Shown here: positions 42,156-52,397 of the stretch, piece by piece
Layout: each line of letters starts with the position of its first letter
Position numbering within the stretch: the first letter of the stretch is position 1
Origin: a virus
Reading direction: 5' to 3' (one strand)
Virus record (IMG/VR): IMGVR_UViG_3300050343_000117
Coordinates: 32,001 to 96,000 of that record
DNA length: 64,000 nt
Made by a program: the position numbers and the translations under genes
The notes under the pieces: generated by a model
Told to the model about the DNA's origin: nothing
Databases searched by the model: none
The model's input: only the letters and a program-made list of their open reading frames with translations

Positions 42156-42603
42156 TAGTCTCGGCCTCTAGTTGGTCTTGTAAAATCATAATTGAGTACA
42201 TATCGACTTCAATCTTAGACTTTGCACGACGCAATTTTGCCTTCAACTTACGGTTCTTAGAGTTCTTAATCTCTTCGACTTCGAACGCTTCCATCTTATA
42301 ATTGAAGAGTTTTTCTAGTTTACGTGCCTTGTTATGTTCTTCGTCACGCATCTTCTCTTCTTCTGCTTCTGCCTTCTTTCGTTCAACACGGTCAACAGTT
42401 TCCTTGTCAATCGAATCTTCACCTAGGGCATCAACAACTTCATTAAACAGTTCGTTCTCACTACCATCCTTATCATGACGGTGTAAAAACATTTGTTGTC
42501 GTGTGACACGACCCATATCATCTTCAAGTTCTAGAATACAGTTTAGTTCTTTCTTTTCTTCCGTTTCCCAGAACGCATTATCCATCCATTGTTTACGACT
42601 CAT
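42142..42603 (-). CDS. Hypothetical protein
   Basis: Charged helical ORF coupled to the GT gene; 'LFNYKMEAFEVEEIKNSKNRKLK..LRRAK'. Confidence 0.65.
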   Translation of the reverse strand: MSRKQWMDNAFWETEEKKELNCILELEDDMGRVTRQQMFLHRHDKDGSENELFNEVVDALGEDSIDKETVDRVERKKAEAEEEKMRDEEHNKARKLEKLFNYKMEAFEVEEIKNSKNRKLKAKLRRAKSKIEVDMYSIMILQDQLEAETNGKD

Positions 42604-42691
42604 TAAATATCTCCAGAGAGTTCAATTCAAATTATAATGTATATAGTGTTGAGATAAAGCGGGTCAAATGAATGACCCGCCTTGTTCTCAT

Positions 42692-42720
42692 ATTATACCA
42701 TACTTAGGTTGATTATGCAA
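42692..42720 (-). promoter_or_regulatory. Sigma70-like promoter for the hypothetical-GT-oxygenase cassette
   Basis: TTGCAT-N17-TATAAT. Confidence 0.6.
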
Positions 42721-45700
42721 CCCTACAGTATAGAGTATAAGTTTCTGGTGTATGTACTAGAGTGTCGCTAATCGTTGCACCAACATAGTTACCTAGGAAG
42801 GAACGTGAGTAGTTGCCACCGAAGTTACGTGAGTAATCACCTGTAAACGTACGTGAGTAGTTACCAGTGAAGTCACCTACGTATGTAGATACACGATCAC
42901 GTGAGTAAGTACCTGAGTATGCAGAACTACGGATTCTTGCGTAAGCAGAAACCCTTACACGTGAGTAGTTACCTACGAAGTCGCGTGAGTAGTTACCTAC
43001 GAAGTCACCAACAAAATCACGGGCATATGTACCAGTGTATTCACCAGCATATGCTCTTGAGTAGTTACCAGTGAAGTCACCAGCAAAGTCACGAGTGTAC
43101 TGACCGGAGAAATCACGTGAGTAGTTACCTGTGAATGTGTTAGAGTAAGTACCAGTGTACTCACCAACGAATCCACGAGCGTAGTTTCCTACGTAGTTTC
43201 CACCGAAGTTACGTGAGTAAGTTCCGGAGTAAGCGCCAGTGTACTCACCAACGAATCCACGTGAGTAAGTTCCAGCATATTCACCAGTGAAAGTACGTGC
43301 ATAGTTTCCTACGTAGTTTCCACCAAACTGTCGAGTGTAATTACCAACATAGTTACCAGTAAAGTCACCAACATAATCCCCAACAAAGTTACCCGCATAG
43401 TTACGAGAGTATTGTCCGGAGAATGTGCGTGAGTAGTTACCTGTAAAGTCACCAGCAAAGTTAGTTACACGATCACGAGTGTATGCAGATGAACGGTTAC
43501 GTGTGTAAACCGAAACACGAGTCCTTACATATGCAGAGTAACGAGTACGCGTTGAAGTACGAGTGTACTCACCAGTATAGTTACCAGCGTAATCGCCAGC
43601 GTATCCACGAGCGTAGTTGCCTACGAAGTCACCAGCATACCCACGTGCGTAGTTACCCACGAAGTTACCAGCGAAGTTAGTTACGCGATCTCTTGTGAAG
43701 TCACCAATATAGTTAGTCACACGTGTACGAGCGTAAGCAGAACCACGGTTACGAGTCGAAGTACGTGTTGAAGTACGAGTAAAGTCGCCAACATAGTTAG
43801 TGATACGAGTACGAGCATATGCAGAGTAACGAACGCGAGTAGAAGTTCGAGTTGAAGTTCTTGCGTAGTTACCTACGAAGTTACCAGCAAAGTTAGTTAC
43901 ACGGTTACGAGTAAAGTCGCCAACATAGTTAGTGATACGAGTACGAGCGTAAGCAGAGTAACGAGTACGTGTTGAAGTACGAGTACTAGTTCTTGCGTAG
44001 TTACCAACATAATCACCGGCATAACCTAGAGTACGTGTGTAGTCACCTACGTAATCACCAGCATAGTAACCAGTACGAGTGTAGTAACCAGTCTCAGTAC
44101 GAGTACGAGTACTAGTTCTTGCGTAGTTACCAGTATAGTGACCAGTGCGTGTACGACCATAGTTACCAGTGTAAGCACCAGTACGTGTACGAGAGTAATC
44201 TCCGGCATATGAGAACGCACGGTTACGTGAGTAATCTCCAGCAAAGTTACCTGTAAAGTTAGTTACACGATCACGTGAGTAGTTACCCGCATAAGATGCG
44301 TTACGTGTACGAGAGTAGTTTCCTACGAAATCACCGGCATAAGATGCAGCACGGTTACGTGAGTAATCTCCAGCATAAGATGCATTACGTGTACGTCCGT
44401 AGTTACCTACAAAGTTTCCGGTATAGTTAGTAGCACGAGTACGACCATAGTTACCAGTATATGTTACGCCACGAGTGTAGTTACCAGTATAGTAGAATGT
44501 TGAATTACGAGTACGTGTGTAGTTACCCGCGAAACTGGTTGTTCTGGAATATGTCAAGTTACCTACGAAGTTACCAGCGAAGTTACCAGCATAAGATGAA
44601 CCACCCGATTGGTAAGTAACACCATAATGTGATACGAATCCATTCGTGTTTCTCCAAACAGCACGATAATATGTTACACCGCCAGCAGTCAGAGATGTTC
44701 CGTTTCCTGTCATGCTTCCAACTATAGATCCATTAACATAAACGGTAACAAAATTGATTCCACCTTCATTATCCGAACGCCAACCTGTAGTTAACGACCA
44801 GTTATTTCCGGAATATGCGTTGGTTACGGTACCACCAGCACCAGTAGAAGTACGTGTGGAAGTACGCGTTGATGTTACTGTACGAGTATAGTTTGAAGTT
44901 GCTACACTGTTACGAGTATAGTTACCAACATATCCCGTTCCGTTAACAGAGGTTCTAGTATAGTCAAGTGTTGCAGCACGTCCTCTAGAGTAATCACCAA
45001 CAAAGTTACCTGTGAAGTTGGTTGCACGAGTACGTGAGTAGTTACCCGCATAAGATGCGGCACGAGTACGTCCATAGTTACCAGTATATGTTGCATTACG
45101 TGTACGTGTTGATGTACGAGCATAGTTACCGACATAAGATGCGGCACGAGTACGTCCATAGTTACCTACGAAGTTGCCTGCGTAGTTAGTAGCACGAGTA
45201 CGACCATAGTTACCAGTATAGTGACCAGTACGTGTACGTCCGTAGTTACCGACATATGAGAATGCACGGTTACGAGAGTAATCACCAGCGTATGAGAACG
45301 CACGGTTACGAGAGTAGTCACCTACGTAGTTTCCAGCATAGTACAATGTACGAGTATATGCTAGTGTACGTGTTGATGTACGTGTTGAAGTACGTGTATA
45401 GTTGTATGTTTGGTAGCGAGTACGTGTTGAAGTTCTTGCGTAATTTCCCACATAATCGCCAGCATAGTTACCAGCATATCCACGAGCATAGTTACCAACA
45501 AAATCACCTGTGAACGTTGTTGCATAGTTACCAACAAAATCACCAGCAAAGTTAGTTACACGATCACGTGAATAGTTACCTACGTAATCACCAGCATAGT
45601 TACCAGCGTATCCACGTGCGTAGTTACCAACAAAGTCGCCAGTAAATGTGGTTGCATAGTTACCTACGTAATCACCGGCATAGTTACCAGCAAAGTTACG

Positions 45701-47455
45701 TGCATAGTTTCCTACGAAGTTACCAACGAAGTCACGAGCATAGTTTCCTACGAAGTTACCGGCAAAGTTAGTGACACGGTCACGTGTATATGCAGAGTAG
45801 CGAGTACGAGTTGACGTACGAGCATATGCTGAATAACGTGTACGAGTAGATGTACGAGTAGAAACGCGAGCGTAGTTACCAACATAATCACCTGCATAAC
45901 CACGGGAATAGTTACCTACGAATCCACGTGAGTAGTTACCCACGAATCCACGAGCATAGTTTCCTACGAAGTTACCGGCAAAGTTAGTGACTCGATTGCG
46001 TGTGTAAGTAGAAACACGTGCACGAGAGTAAACGCCTGCAAAGTTAGTTACACGGTCACGTGTATAATTGGTAATACGAGTACGGGTGTAATCAGCAGAG
46101 TATGCTGAAGTACGAGTACGAGTATAAGTCCCTGCGTAAGCAGATACACGGTTGCGTGAATAGGTACCGGCATATGCAGATACACGGTTACGAGAATAAG
46201 TTCCAGCGTAAGTTCCAGTGTATGTTGATACGCGTGTACGAGTGTAGTCTGCTGAGTAAGAAGAACTACGTGTACGTGAGTAAGTACCTGAGTAAGTTGA
46301 AACACGACCACGAGTATATGCAGATGTGCGAGTACGTGAGAATGTTCCGGTAAATGGTGTGACGCGGTTTCGAACATATGTAGAAACACGTGAACGGTTG
46401 TAAGTACCGGCAAAGTATCCAGTAAATGCAGTTAGTCTATTACGTGTATATGAAGATACGCGTGTTCTTGCATAATTACCTACGTAATCACGTGAATAAT
46501 TACCTACGAAGTCACGGGAATATGCACCAGTGTAGTTACCAACAAACGTACGTGCAAATGTGTCCACACTGTTACGTGTGTAAGTAGAAACACGGTCACG
46601 TGAGTATGCAGAAACCCTAGTACGAGTGTAAGCTGAGTTACGTGTACGAGAGTATGCAACGTCGACAATAGTACGACGGGTGTTAGAGGCAGAACCTCGT
46701 GGTACCCATGTACCTGCCAAAGATGGTGCGCCTTGTGCAGATGAACGCAACTGGTATGAACCAATCGCACCTGCTGTAGATCGAAGTGATTTAGCACGTT
46801 GACCAAGTGTGTACTTGATTTCCGCGTCGGTCATAGACTTCAGACCATTGAATGATGTACCATCATAATCTGTTGCGACTGGACGTGTAGTAACTACACC
46901 AGCTGGTGGAGTTGCAAGTGCAGTTCGTTTCCAGATATGATATTGAGTTGTTGTACCATCACCATGTGTATCGGCAAACACATTCTCGATGTGCTTAGTC
47001 CAATCACTACCTGGCGAGGTAGTTGAAAGTTCGAATGCACCTTGAAGACCTAGAGTCTCCATGTTTTTTAGTGCACGGTTTGTCAGATTATCCAAATCCC
47101 CATCTACCATTTCGTAGAAGCCAGGATTTGCGTTATCTGCGTAATAACCGACAGGACGGGCAAAATCAGAACCAGATTCACTCGCGGAACCAGCAACCTG
47201 TTTCAAGGTTGTAGTTACACTTGTGCCAGTGATAGCAGACATTGGGTGTGTACCCGCTGGTTCATTGTAGTACGTATCTACAAAAGAACCGATGTTTGTA
47301 CCATTGGTTAGACTGATGTCACCGACATCACCAGCGGAGGCCTCCGCTAATGCTTCACCCACTTTTACAGCAAGATACATCTCTTCTGCTGGAGTGAATT
47401 CCTGTAGGTCACCATCGGTATTTTTAATTTTTAGTGGTATACTAGATGCTGACAC
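42713..47455 (-). CDS. 1580-aa Tyr/Arg/Gly/Thr tetrad-repeat protein with mirror-complementary arms (putative giant beta-hairpin fibre)
   Basis: Globular N-domain (aa 1-~267), ~600-aa repeat arm, ~85-aa non-repetitive centre, ~600-aa complementary arm, short C-tail; late promoter at 47508-47515. Confidence 0.85.
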   Translation of the reverse strand: MSASSIPLKIKNTDGDLQEFTPAEEMYLAVKVGEALAEASAGDVGDISLTNGTNIGSFVDTYYNEPAGTHPMSAITGTSVTTTLKQVAGSASESGSDFARPVGYYADNANPGFYEMVDGDLDNLTNRALKNMETLGLQGAFELSTTSPGSDWTKHIENVFADTHGDGTTTQYHIWKRTALATPPAGVVTTRPVATDYDGTSFNGLKSMTDAEIKYTLGQRAKSLRSTAGAIGSYQLRSSAQGAPSLAGTWVPRGSASNTRRTIVDVAYSRTRNSAYTRTRVSAYSRDRVSTYTRNSVDTFARTFVGNYTGAYSRDFVGNYSRDYVGNYARTRVSSYTRNRLTAFTGYFAGTYNRSRVSTYVRNRVTPFTGTFSRTRTSAYTRGRVSTYSGTYSRTRSSSYSADYTRTRVSTYTGTYAGTYSRNRVSAYAGTYSRNRVSAYAGTYTRTRTSAYSADYTRTRITNYTRDRVTNFAGVYSRARVSTYTRNRVTNFAGNFVGNYARGFVGNYSRGFVGNYSRGYAGDYVGNYARVSTRTSTRTRYSAYARTSTRTRYSAYTRDRVTNFAGNFVGNYARDFVGNFVGNYARNFAGNYAGDYVGNYATTFTGDFVGNYARGYAGNYAGDYVGNYSRDRVTNFAGDFVGNYATTFTGDFVGNYARGYAGNYAGDYVGNYARTSTRTRYQTYNYTRTSTRTSTRTLAYTRTLYYAGNYVGDYSRNRAFSYAGDYSRNRAFSYVGNYGRTRTGHYTGNYGRTRATNYAGNFVGNYGRTRAASYVGNYARTSTRTRNATYTGNYGRTRAASYAGNYSRTRATNFTGNFVGDYSRGRAATLDYTRTSVNGTGYVGNYTRNSVATSNYTRTVTSTRTSTRTSTGAGGTVTNAYSGNNWSLTTGWRSDNEGGINFVTVYVNGSIVGSMTGNGTSLTAGGVTYYRAVWRNTNGFVSHYGVTYQSGGSSYAGNFAGNFVGNLTYSRTTSFAGNYTRTRNSTFYYTGNYTRGVTYTGNYGRTRATNYTGNFVGNYGRTRNASYAGDYSRNRAASYAGDFVGNYSRTRNASYAGNYSRDRVTNFTGNFAGDYSRNRAFSYAGDYSRTRTGAYTGNYGRTRTGHYTGNYARTSTRTRTETGYYTRTGYYAGDYVGDYTRTLGYAGDYVGNYARTSTRTSTRTRYSAYARTRITNYVGDFTRNRVTNFAGNFVGNYARTSTRTSTRVRYSAYARTRITNYVGDFTRTSTRTSTRNRGSAYARTRVTNYIGDFTRDRVTNFAGNFVGNYARGYAGDFVGNYARGYAGDYAGNYTGEYTRTSTRTRYSAYVRTRVSVYTRNRSSAYTRDRVTNFAGDFTGNYSRTFSGQYSRNYAGNFVGDYVGDFTGNYVGNYTRQFGGNYVGNYARTFTGEYAGTYSRGFVGEYTGAYSGTYSRNFGGNYVGNYARGFVGEYTGTYSNTFTGNYSRDFSGQYTRDFAGDFTGNYSRAYAGEYTGTYARDFVGDFVGNYSRDFVGNYSRVRVSAYARIRSSAYSGTYSRDRVSTYVGDFTGNYSRTFTGDYSRNFGGNYSRSFLGNYVGATISDTLVHTPETYTLYCRVA
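42785..46654 (-). repeat. 12-nt / 4-aa period repeat array (xGNY, xRxR, xSxY, xRxF tetrads) interrupted by the central domain at ~44590-44845
   Basis: Dozens of GGTAACTA(C/T) and ACTCGTAC units. Confidence 0.95.
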
Positions 47456-47507
47456 GATATCGTCTCTCTTTAGCTAAAGTTAAAGTTTATTGGTTAATGA
47501 CGTAGTA

Positions 47508-47515
47508 TATTTATA
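47508..47515 (-). promoter_or_regulatory. T4-type late promoter for the 1580-aa protein
   Basis: TATAAATA. Confidence 0.75.
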
Positions 47516-47621
47516 ACAAAAAAAATGTGCATAAACGGAGTCTAGGCACATTTCTTAAAAAATATTTACTTTACTTATAAGATTCTCATTATACACTATA
47601 ATTTAAAAAATGCAAGTAAAA

Positions 47622-48062
47622 TTATTGTGGAGTTTCTGGCCAGTTGACCTGATCAATATTTGACATATTCGGATCAATAAAGTCTAAGTCCCTTAATTCC
47701 TGACGATACCCCGCCCACGCATTCTTCATATCAGTAGATAGTGGAGAGTCTGAGAGCTGAGTCCAGTCAGTGCTCGCTATCATGCGATTTCTCATAAATC
47801 TGACTTCATTCATTAGATCTTCTTGATCCCAGACCCATTCTCCATCTACCCAAGAAGAATGTCTATTTGGAGAAGATTCTCTTTCTTTCCAGTTACCATC
47901 CCAGTAATGGGTCTGTATAAACTCAGCTTTATCTGAGATTACAAAATCAATATGGACAATTGTTGTTCCATCTTCTCTTAAACCTTCAGGTTCATTAGAA
48001 CCAGATGCTAACTTTAATGTTTGTATTTCATTATTTCTAATGTATGCGATATAATAAATCAT
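47622..48062 (-). CDS. Tail fibre assembly chaperone-like protein
   Basis: 'VRFMRNRMIASTDWTQLSDSPL...WAGYRQELRDL...WPETP'. Confidence 0.8.
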   Translation of the reverse strand: MIYYIAYIRNNEIQTLKLASGSNEPEGLREDGTTIVHIDFVISDKAEFIQTHYWDGNWKERESSPNRHSSWVDGEWVWDQEDLMNEVRFMRNRMIASTDWTQLSDSPLSTDMKNAWAGYRQELRDLDFIDPNMSNIDQVNWPETPQ

Positions 48063-48075
48063 TTATTTTCTCTTT

Positions 48076-48822
48076 TTAAATTAATTCTGCCGAAAGAATC
48101 ATTCCTGTAATTGAATTGCCCCAGGTTTCGCTACTTGTAGTAGAACTACCCCCACCAAAGGGTCCTTCATCACCACCACCACCAAAACCACTTCCGGCAA
48201 GACTGTAGTAATTGATTGCGTATGGAGCTCCACTAAACATCAATCCTATTAATGAGGTATCTCCGCCATCTGGTCCTCCGAAACTGCTTAAAGTTCCACT
48301 TGTCCAGTTCGATATTTCCCAATAGTCAGAGTTGCTACCTAAGCTAATACCTCCATTTGTTGTAGACCAAGCATCTACACTTCGTGGCTCATGATATTCC
48401 GTAATTTGAAAATGCTGACCTAATTTTATAGATCGACTATCAAATTGTATTGTATTATCTTCGTTATACACAGTCAAACCATAATCATCGGTAGATGATA
48501 CCTTACTGGAGTGTTTTACTACAAAATAATCTAGAGTTACTGCTGTTGCATTAGCAAAAGATGAATCTCCACTGTTATTGAAAGTTCCAACTCTTCCGTA
48601 AAACTGGGCATTAAACCCCGCACCCATAAAAATTACTGTATTAGCAAAACTACTTGCTTGATTCGAAGGAATTTTTACAAAAAGAAAATCATCACTGGCT
48701 ACAGTAGTACTAGGACTAGTACCAGTTCCAATTTCTGTAATAATATAACTATTCATTTTGCGAGAAGAATCAAACATTAACCCGCCATTATCATTATATA
48801 CTGTAAGACCGTATTCGCTCAT
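48076..48822 (-). CDS. Putative tail-tip / fibre-associated protein
   Basis: Internal duplication of 'YGLTVYN..G/N...FDS'. Confidence 0.6.
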   Translation of the reverse strand: MSEYGLTVYNDNGGLMFDSSRKMNSYIITEIGTGTSPSTTVASDDFLFVKIPSNQASSFANTVIFMGAGFNAQFYGRVGTFNNSGDSSFANATAVTLDYFVVKHSSKVSSTDDYGLTVYNEDNTIQFDSRSIKLGQHFQITEYHEPRSVDAWSTTNGGISLGSNSDYWEISNWTSGTLSSFGGPDGGDTSLIGLMFSGAPYAINYYSLAGSGFGGGGDEGPFGGGSSTTSSETWGNSITGMILSAELI

Positions 48823-49112
48823 TATTGAAACCTAAATATTTTTGCAGAAAATGATTGAGATCCGCCACTTGTATTACTAATTACAATTCTATCATTAGTC
48901 GTATCTCTAGATACTGTAATGAAATTATTTGCTGACAAATGAATTCCTATAAGTGCTGGATTTCCAGCACCACTTGTTTGGATATTATATGTGCCTCCAG
49001 CAGATAGTGCCTGATCAGTCAATTCAAAATCATACTCTTCATTGAATACATTATTAGCATTTGTAATGACGCCACCATTAACACCGTCTGAAATATATAG
49101 TCCATAACTCAT
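48822..49112 (-). CDS. Small putative tail-tip protein
   Basis: 'MSYGLYISDG' start; coupled to both flanking genes. Confidence 0.55.
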   Translation of the reverse strand: MSYGLYISDGVNGGVITNANNVFNEEYDFELTDQALSAGGTYNIQTSGAGNPALIGIHLSANNFITVSRDTTNDRIVISNTSGGSQSFSAKIFRFQ

Positions 49113-52100
49113 GATAGATTCCCTAGCTTAACTCTAACTCTAGAGACTTCAACATTATTTTCAATAACAGTATCACTAATTGTGATAAGATCGTTAGTAA
49201 TTGACATACTACCTTGTCCGGCTACACTAGATGTTATATTTAGACCAGTGTCTCCCGCTTGGTAACTATCTGGATCAGTTGTAATAGCAACTAAACTTGC
49301 ATCGATTCTACCCGTGGTAATATGACCACCATCAATAGTTGTGATTAAAGCTGATTGCGGATTACCTAACTCTTGGTTCATGTTTTGGAAAGTAACCAAG
49401 CCATTGAAGTTGTAACTACGGAATGCAGCACTTACTGAGACTGTTGTAGCACCATTCTCTCCGGAGGCCTTTTCTGCAAAGTATCTAGCAGCCCATAACG
49501 TACCCGATAGATTAGTTCCCACTGTAGGATCCATTCCCCAGTTACCATTCAATCCGGTGATTGAACCGCCATCCGAATCATCCCAAGTAAATCCTAGTGC
49601 TGCGCCGGCTGCGTTGTAAGAAGGTTGTAGTCCCGCGGCTAGAGTATCTTGTTCCGCTTCAATTTCGGTGTAGTAATATACGTACCCACGAGATTCTCTA
49701 GGTAGATTTTCTAAGTCCGGAGTTCCTGAATCACCATCGATAGAGTGGATAACTGGACTTGTCCATGTTAAATCATCATCGATTCCTTGTAAGTCACCCT
49801 GAACTGTAGCTACCGCACGACTCATCCATAGTGCATTACCTAGTGTACGATCTTCTTGTGGAGTTTCTGACCAATCAGAAGGTAGTCCATACATTCCATC
49901 GTTATCAAAATCATAGTAAACACTCCCGCTTGGGTCATTGTTTGTAGGTAGAGTCCCTATAATGCTTGATACGGTCGCAGTAGAAGAATCTCTCTTAAAG
50001 ATCTGTACCTGATATGTCGAGAAACCGTCCGCACCGTTATTGTGATCTAGGTAAGGAGCAGACCATGTTGCAGTGTTGTCTGTACCCTCATCACCACTGA
50101 TAGAGAAGGTTGCTTCAGACGCCCATATAGTACCACCTACGCCTACGTTATATCCCGCAGCGTCCATAAGACCCACATCGTCATACCATGTATGATCGGT
50201 TGCAGTAGGCATTACTTTAGCGATACCACCCGTGAAGTTAACACTACCACCTGTAGGAGTATTTGGGGCACTAGCACTTGGTGTTCTGGTTACCGCAACA
50301 ACGTGCGCAGTAGATCGGCCAGGTGCACCATTACCGCCCGACTGAGTTGCATTTGGGAGATCCCATTCTATTTGAGTATCTTCTACCAGAGGAGTAGTTG
50401 CTGTTGGATAGTTGTCTGGTCGAGTTGACGCAACACCTGTAATGACGTATAATTGACTATCACCTGTTGGTACTGTTTTAGACCAATCTGCAGGCGGTGT
50501 AAATGTTTTAGTTTCGAAGTTAAATGATCCGCCAGACACGGCAGTGGATGTAGTCCAACTACCCGCACGACGGTATGCATTAACCTGTGTGACTTGATAT
50601 CCATCGATACCATCAATCGCAACATTAAGAATTAGTTTTGGTGTAGTAAATGTTAGAGTATTATCTGCACCGATCGCACCACGAAGAGTAGCGACTGTAC
50701 TGATCTCCCATAGTGGACCATTGCTTTCGTCGTTACTATCGAACAACGGCGGCATCTCTTCTGTCCAATTGATACCTTCACGTGAAGGTAAACTTGTAAA
50801 TCTGTTTAATGTAAAGTCATACACCGCACCATTTCCCGCATTGTTTGCTGGATTCGGTAGAATGTATTTAGCCTCTGTTAAGTCTTCATGTGATCGCGCA
50901 TACAAAGACTTGAAGTATGTTGATACTGGAACGATCGACTGAATCGTAGGTTCTGACCAATCAAGTGGCGTACCTGTAGATGTTCTGTCGTCTGTAGCCC
51001 AGTCTTCGCCGGTATCACCAAACTGTGTGAATAAGTGATATGACTGCCATAGAGTATCTGTACCAGATGGTGGTGTTGAGTACCATTGGTTACCCGAAGA
51101 ATCTGTAATAGGGAATCCTAGATGAACCCCTGCTGGAGTGGCTGCACCGAAATCGATACCACCACCACGTGGCTCATCTGGTACAACTAAATCGTTGTTG
51201 GCGTCTGCGGTATCTGGTACGCGACGATATGCAACCGCTAGGAACGTGGACCTACCATCTTGACCGTCTGTACCTGAAGATGTTGGTCGTGGATCTCCCC
51301 ATGTGATCGAAGTATCAACTGTATTACCTTCTGCAAGATCTACATCACTTGCAATACCTGTTACAACATACAGTTGAGGAGTTTCGTCGGTACGAGGTGG
51401 GGGTGTGCTTTCCCATCCAGCATCTACCGATGCAGTTACCTGTTCTTCATCTGGTGATAAGTAAATTCCTGTAGAGAAATCAAATGTACCACCCACTGGA
51501 GCATCAGCTGCGCCAAGTGTCGTATCGCTTGCAACTCTCTTATATGCAAATATCTGTGCATACTTAGCTCCCGCACTGTTATCTACTGGAGTTGACTGTG
51601 ATCCTACAAGTGATGGATCTGACCATGTGCCTGCGTTTACGGTTACGTCTGGGTCAAGCGTAATAAAGGTTGTAGTAGACGCGCCAGACATCTTCGTTTG
51701 CTGGAGTTGAAGGAATACTTCTGTACCAGTTTGGACCCGTAGGTTCTACAAAGTTTCCGGTCGAAAATGTATATGACCCATTGTTTGGTTTTGTAGGGGT
51801 AGTCTCTTTTGGAGAACGTGCGTATACTGTGACTGTGTAGACAGATGTACCACCACCGCCAGTGCCACCACCGGATTCATCATCCGATATCCAAATAGAC
51901 CCATTCCATTTTAATACCTGACCGATAGTTTTACCTGTGGTATTAACATCACCCATATCGTCCAAGTTGGATGGTATAAATGGTCTATTAGTTAGACTAT
52001 TATAGTCTCCATCAAAATCACTAGACCCAGAATCGCCTTTGTTCGCAAGTTCTACCCATGAATTATTGTGCGCAAAATATGCGGCTCCAGTATCATGAAC

Positions 52101-52397
52101 ATGGGCAAACATACCGTGATAGGTAGATGCATTTGGTAGGTCTGACACTGACTGGTACATGTTGCCAAACAAAACTTTATTGCCGGACATATCCAAGTCG
52201 GAACCTTCGATGATTGCACGGACTGCAGCGGCATCAAGACTCAAGTCTAGACTATCGATCGCAGCCTGAATCAATGCATTGACTTCGGCCTCTGTCATCT
52301 TAGACGTATCTATCTCAGCGAAGTTTTGATTGATCTTTAAAATCGCGGCGTTGATGTTGTCTGCAAGGTTGACTACTTGTATGTTATTGTTGCTCAT
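49109..52397 (-). CDS. Large tail fibre / host-specificity-like protein (~1090 aa; frameshift near 51690)
   Basis: Repeated 'P.GG.FDF.T...P..W...PP....LW/YV' modules; C-terminus 'ITTIDGGHITTGRIDA...RVKLGNLS'. Confidence 0.7.

Noticed and set aside
42785-46654. Repeat array read as a CRISPR array, DGR template/variable repeats or a DNA inverted repeat
   Set aside because: There are no constant repeats with unique spacers and no reverse transcriptase in the window. The repeats are in-frame codon units with synonymous variation. The mirror symmetry pairs different tetrads at the amino-acid level and is not a nucleotide reverse complement.
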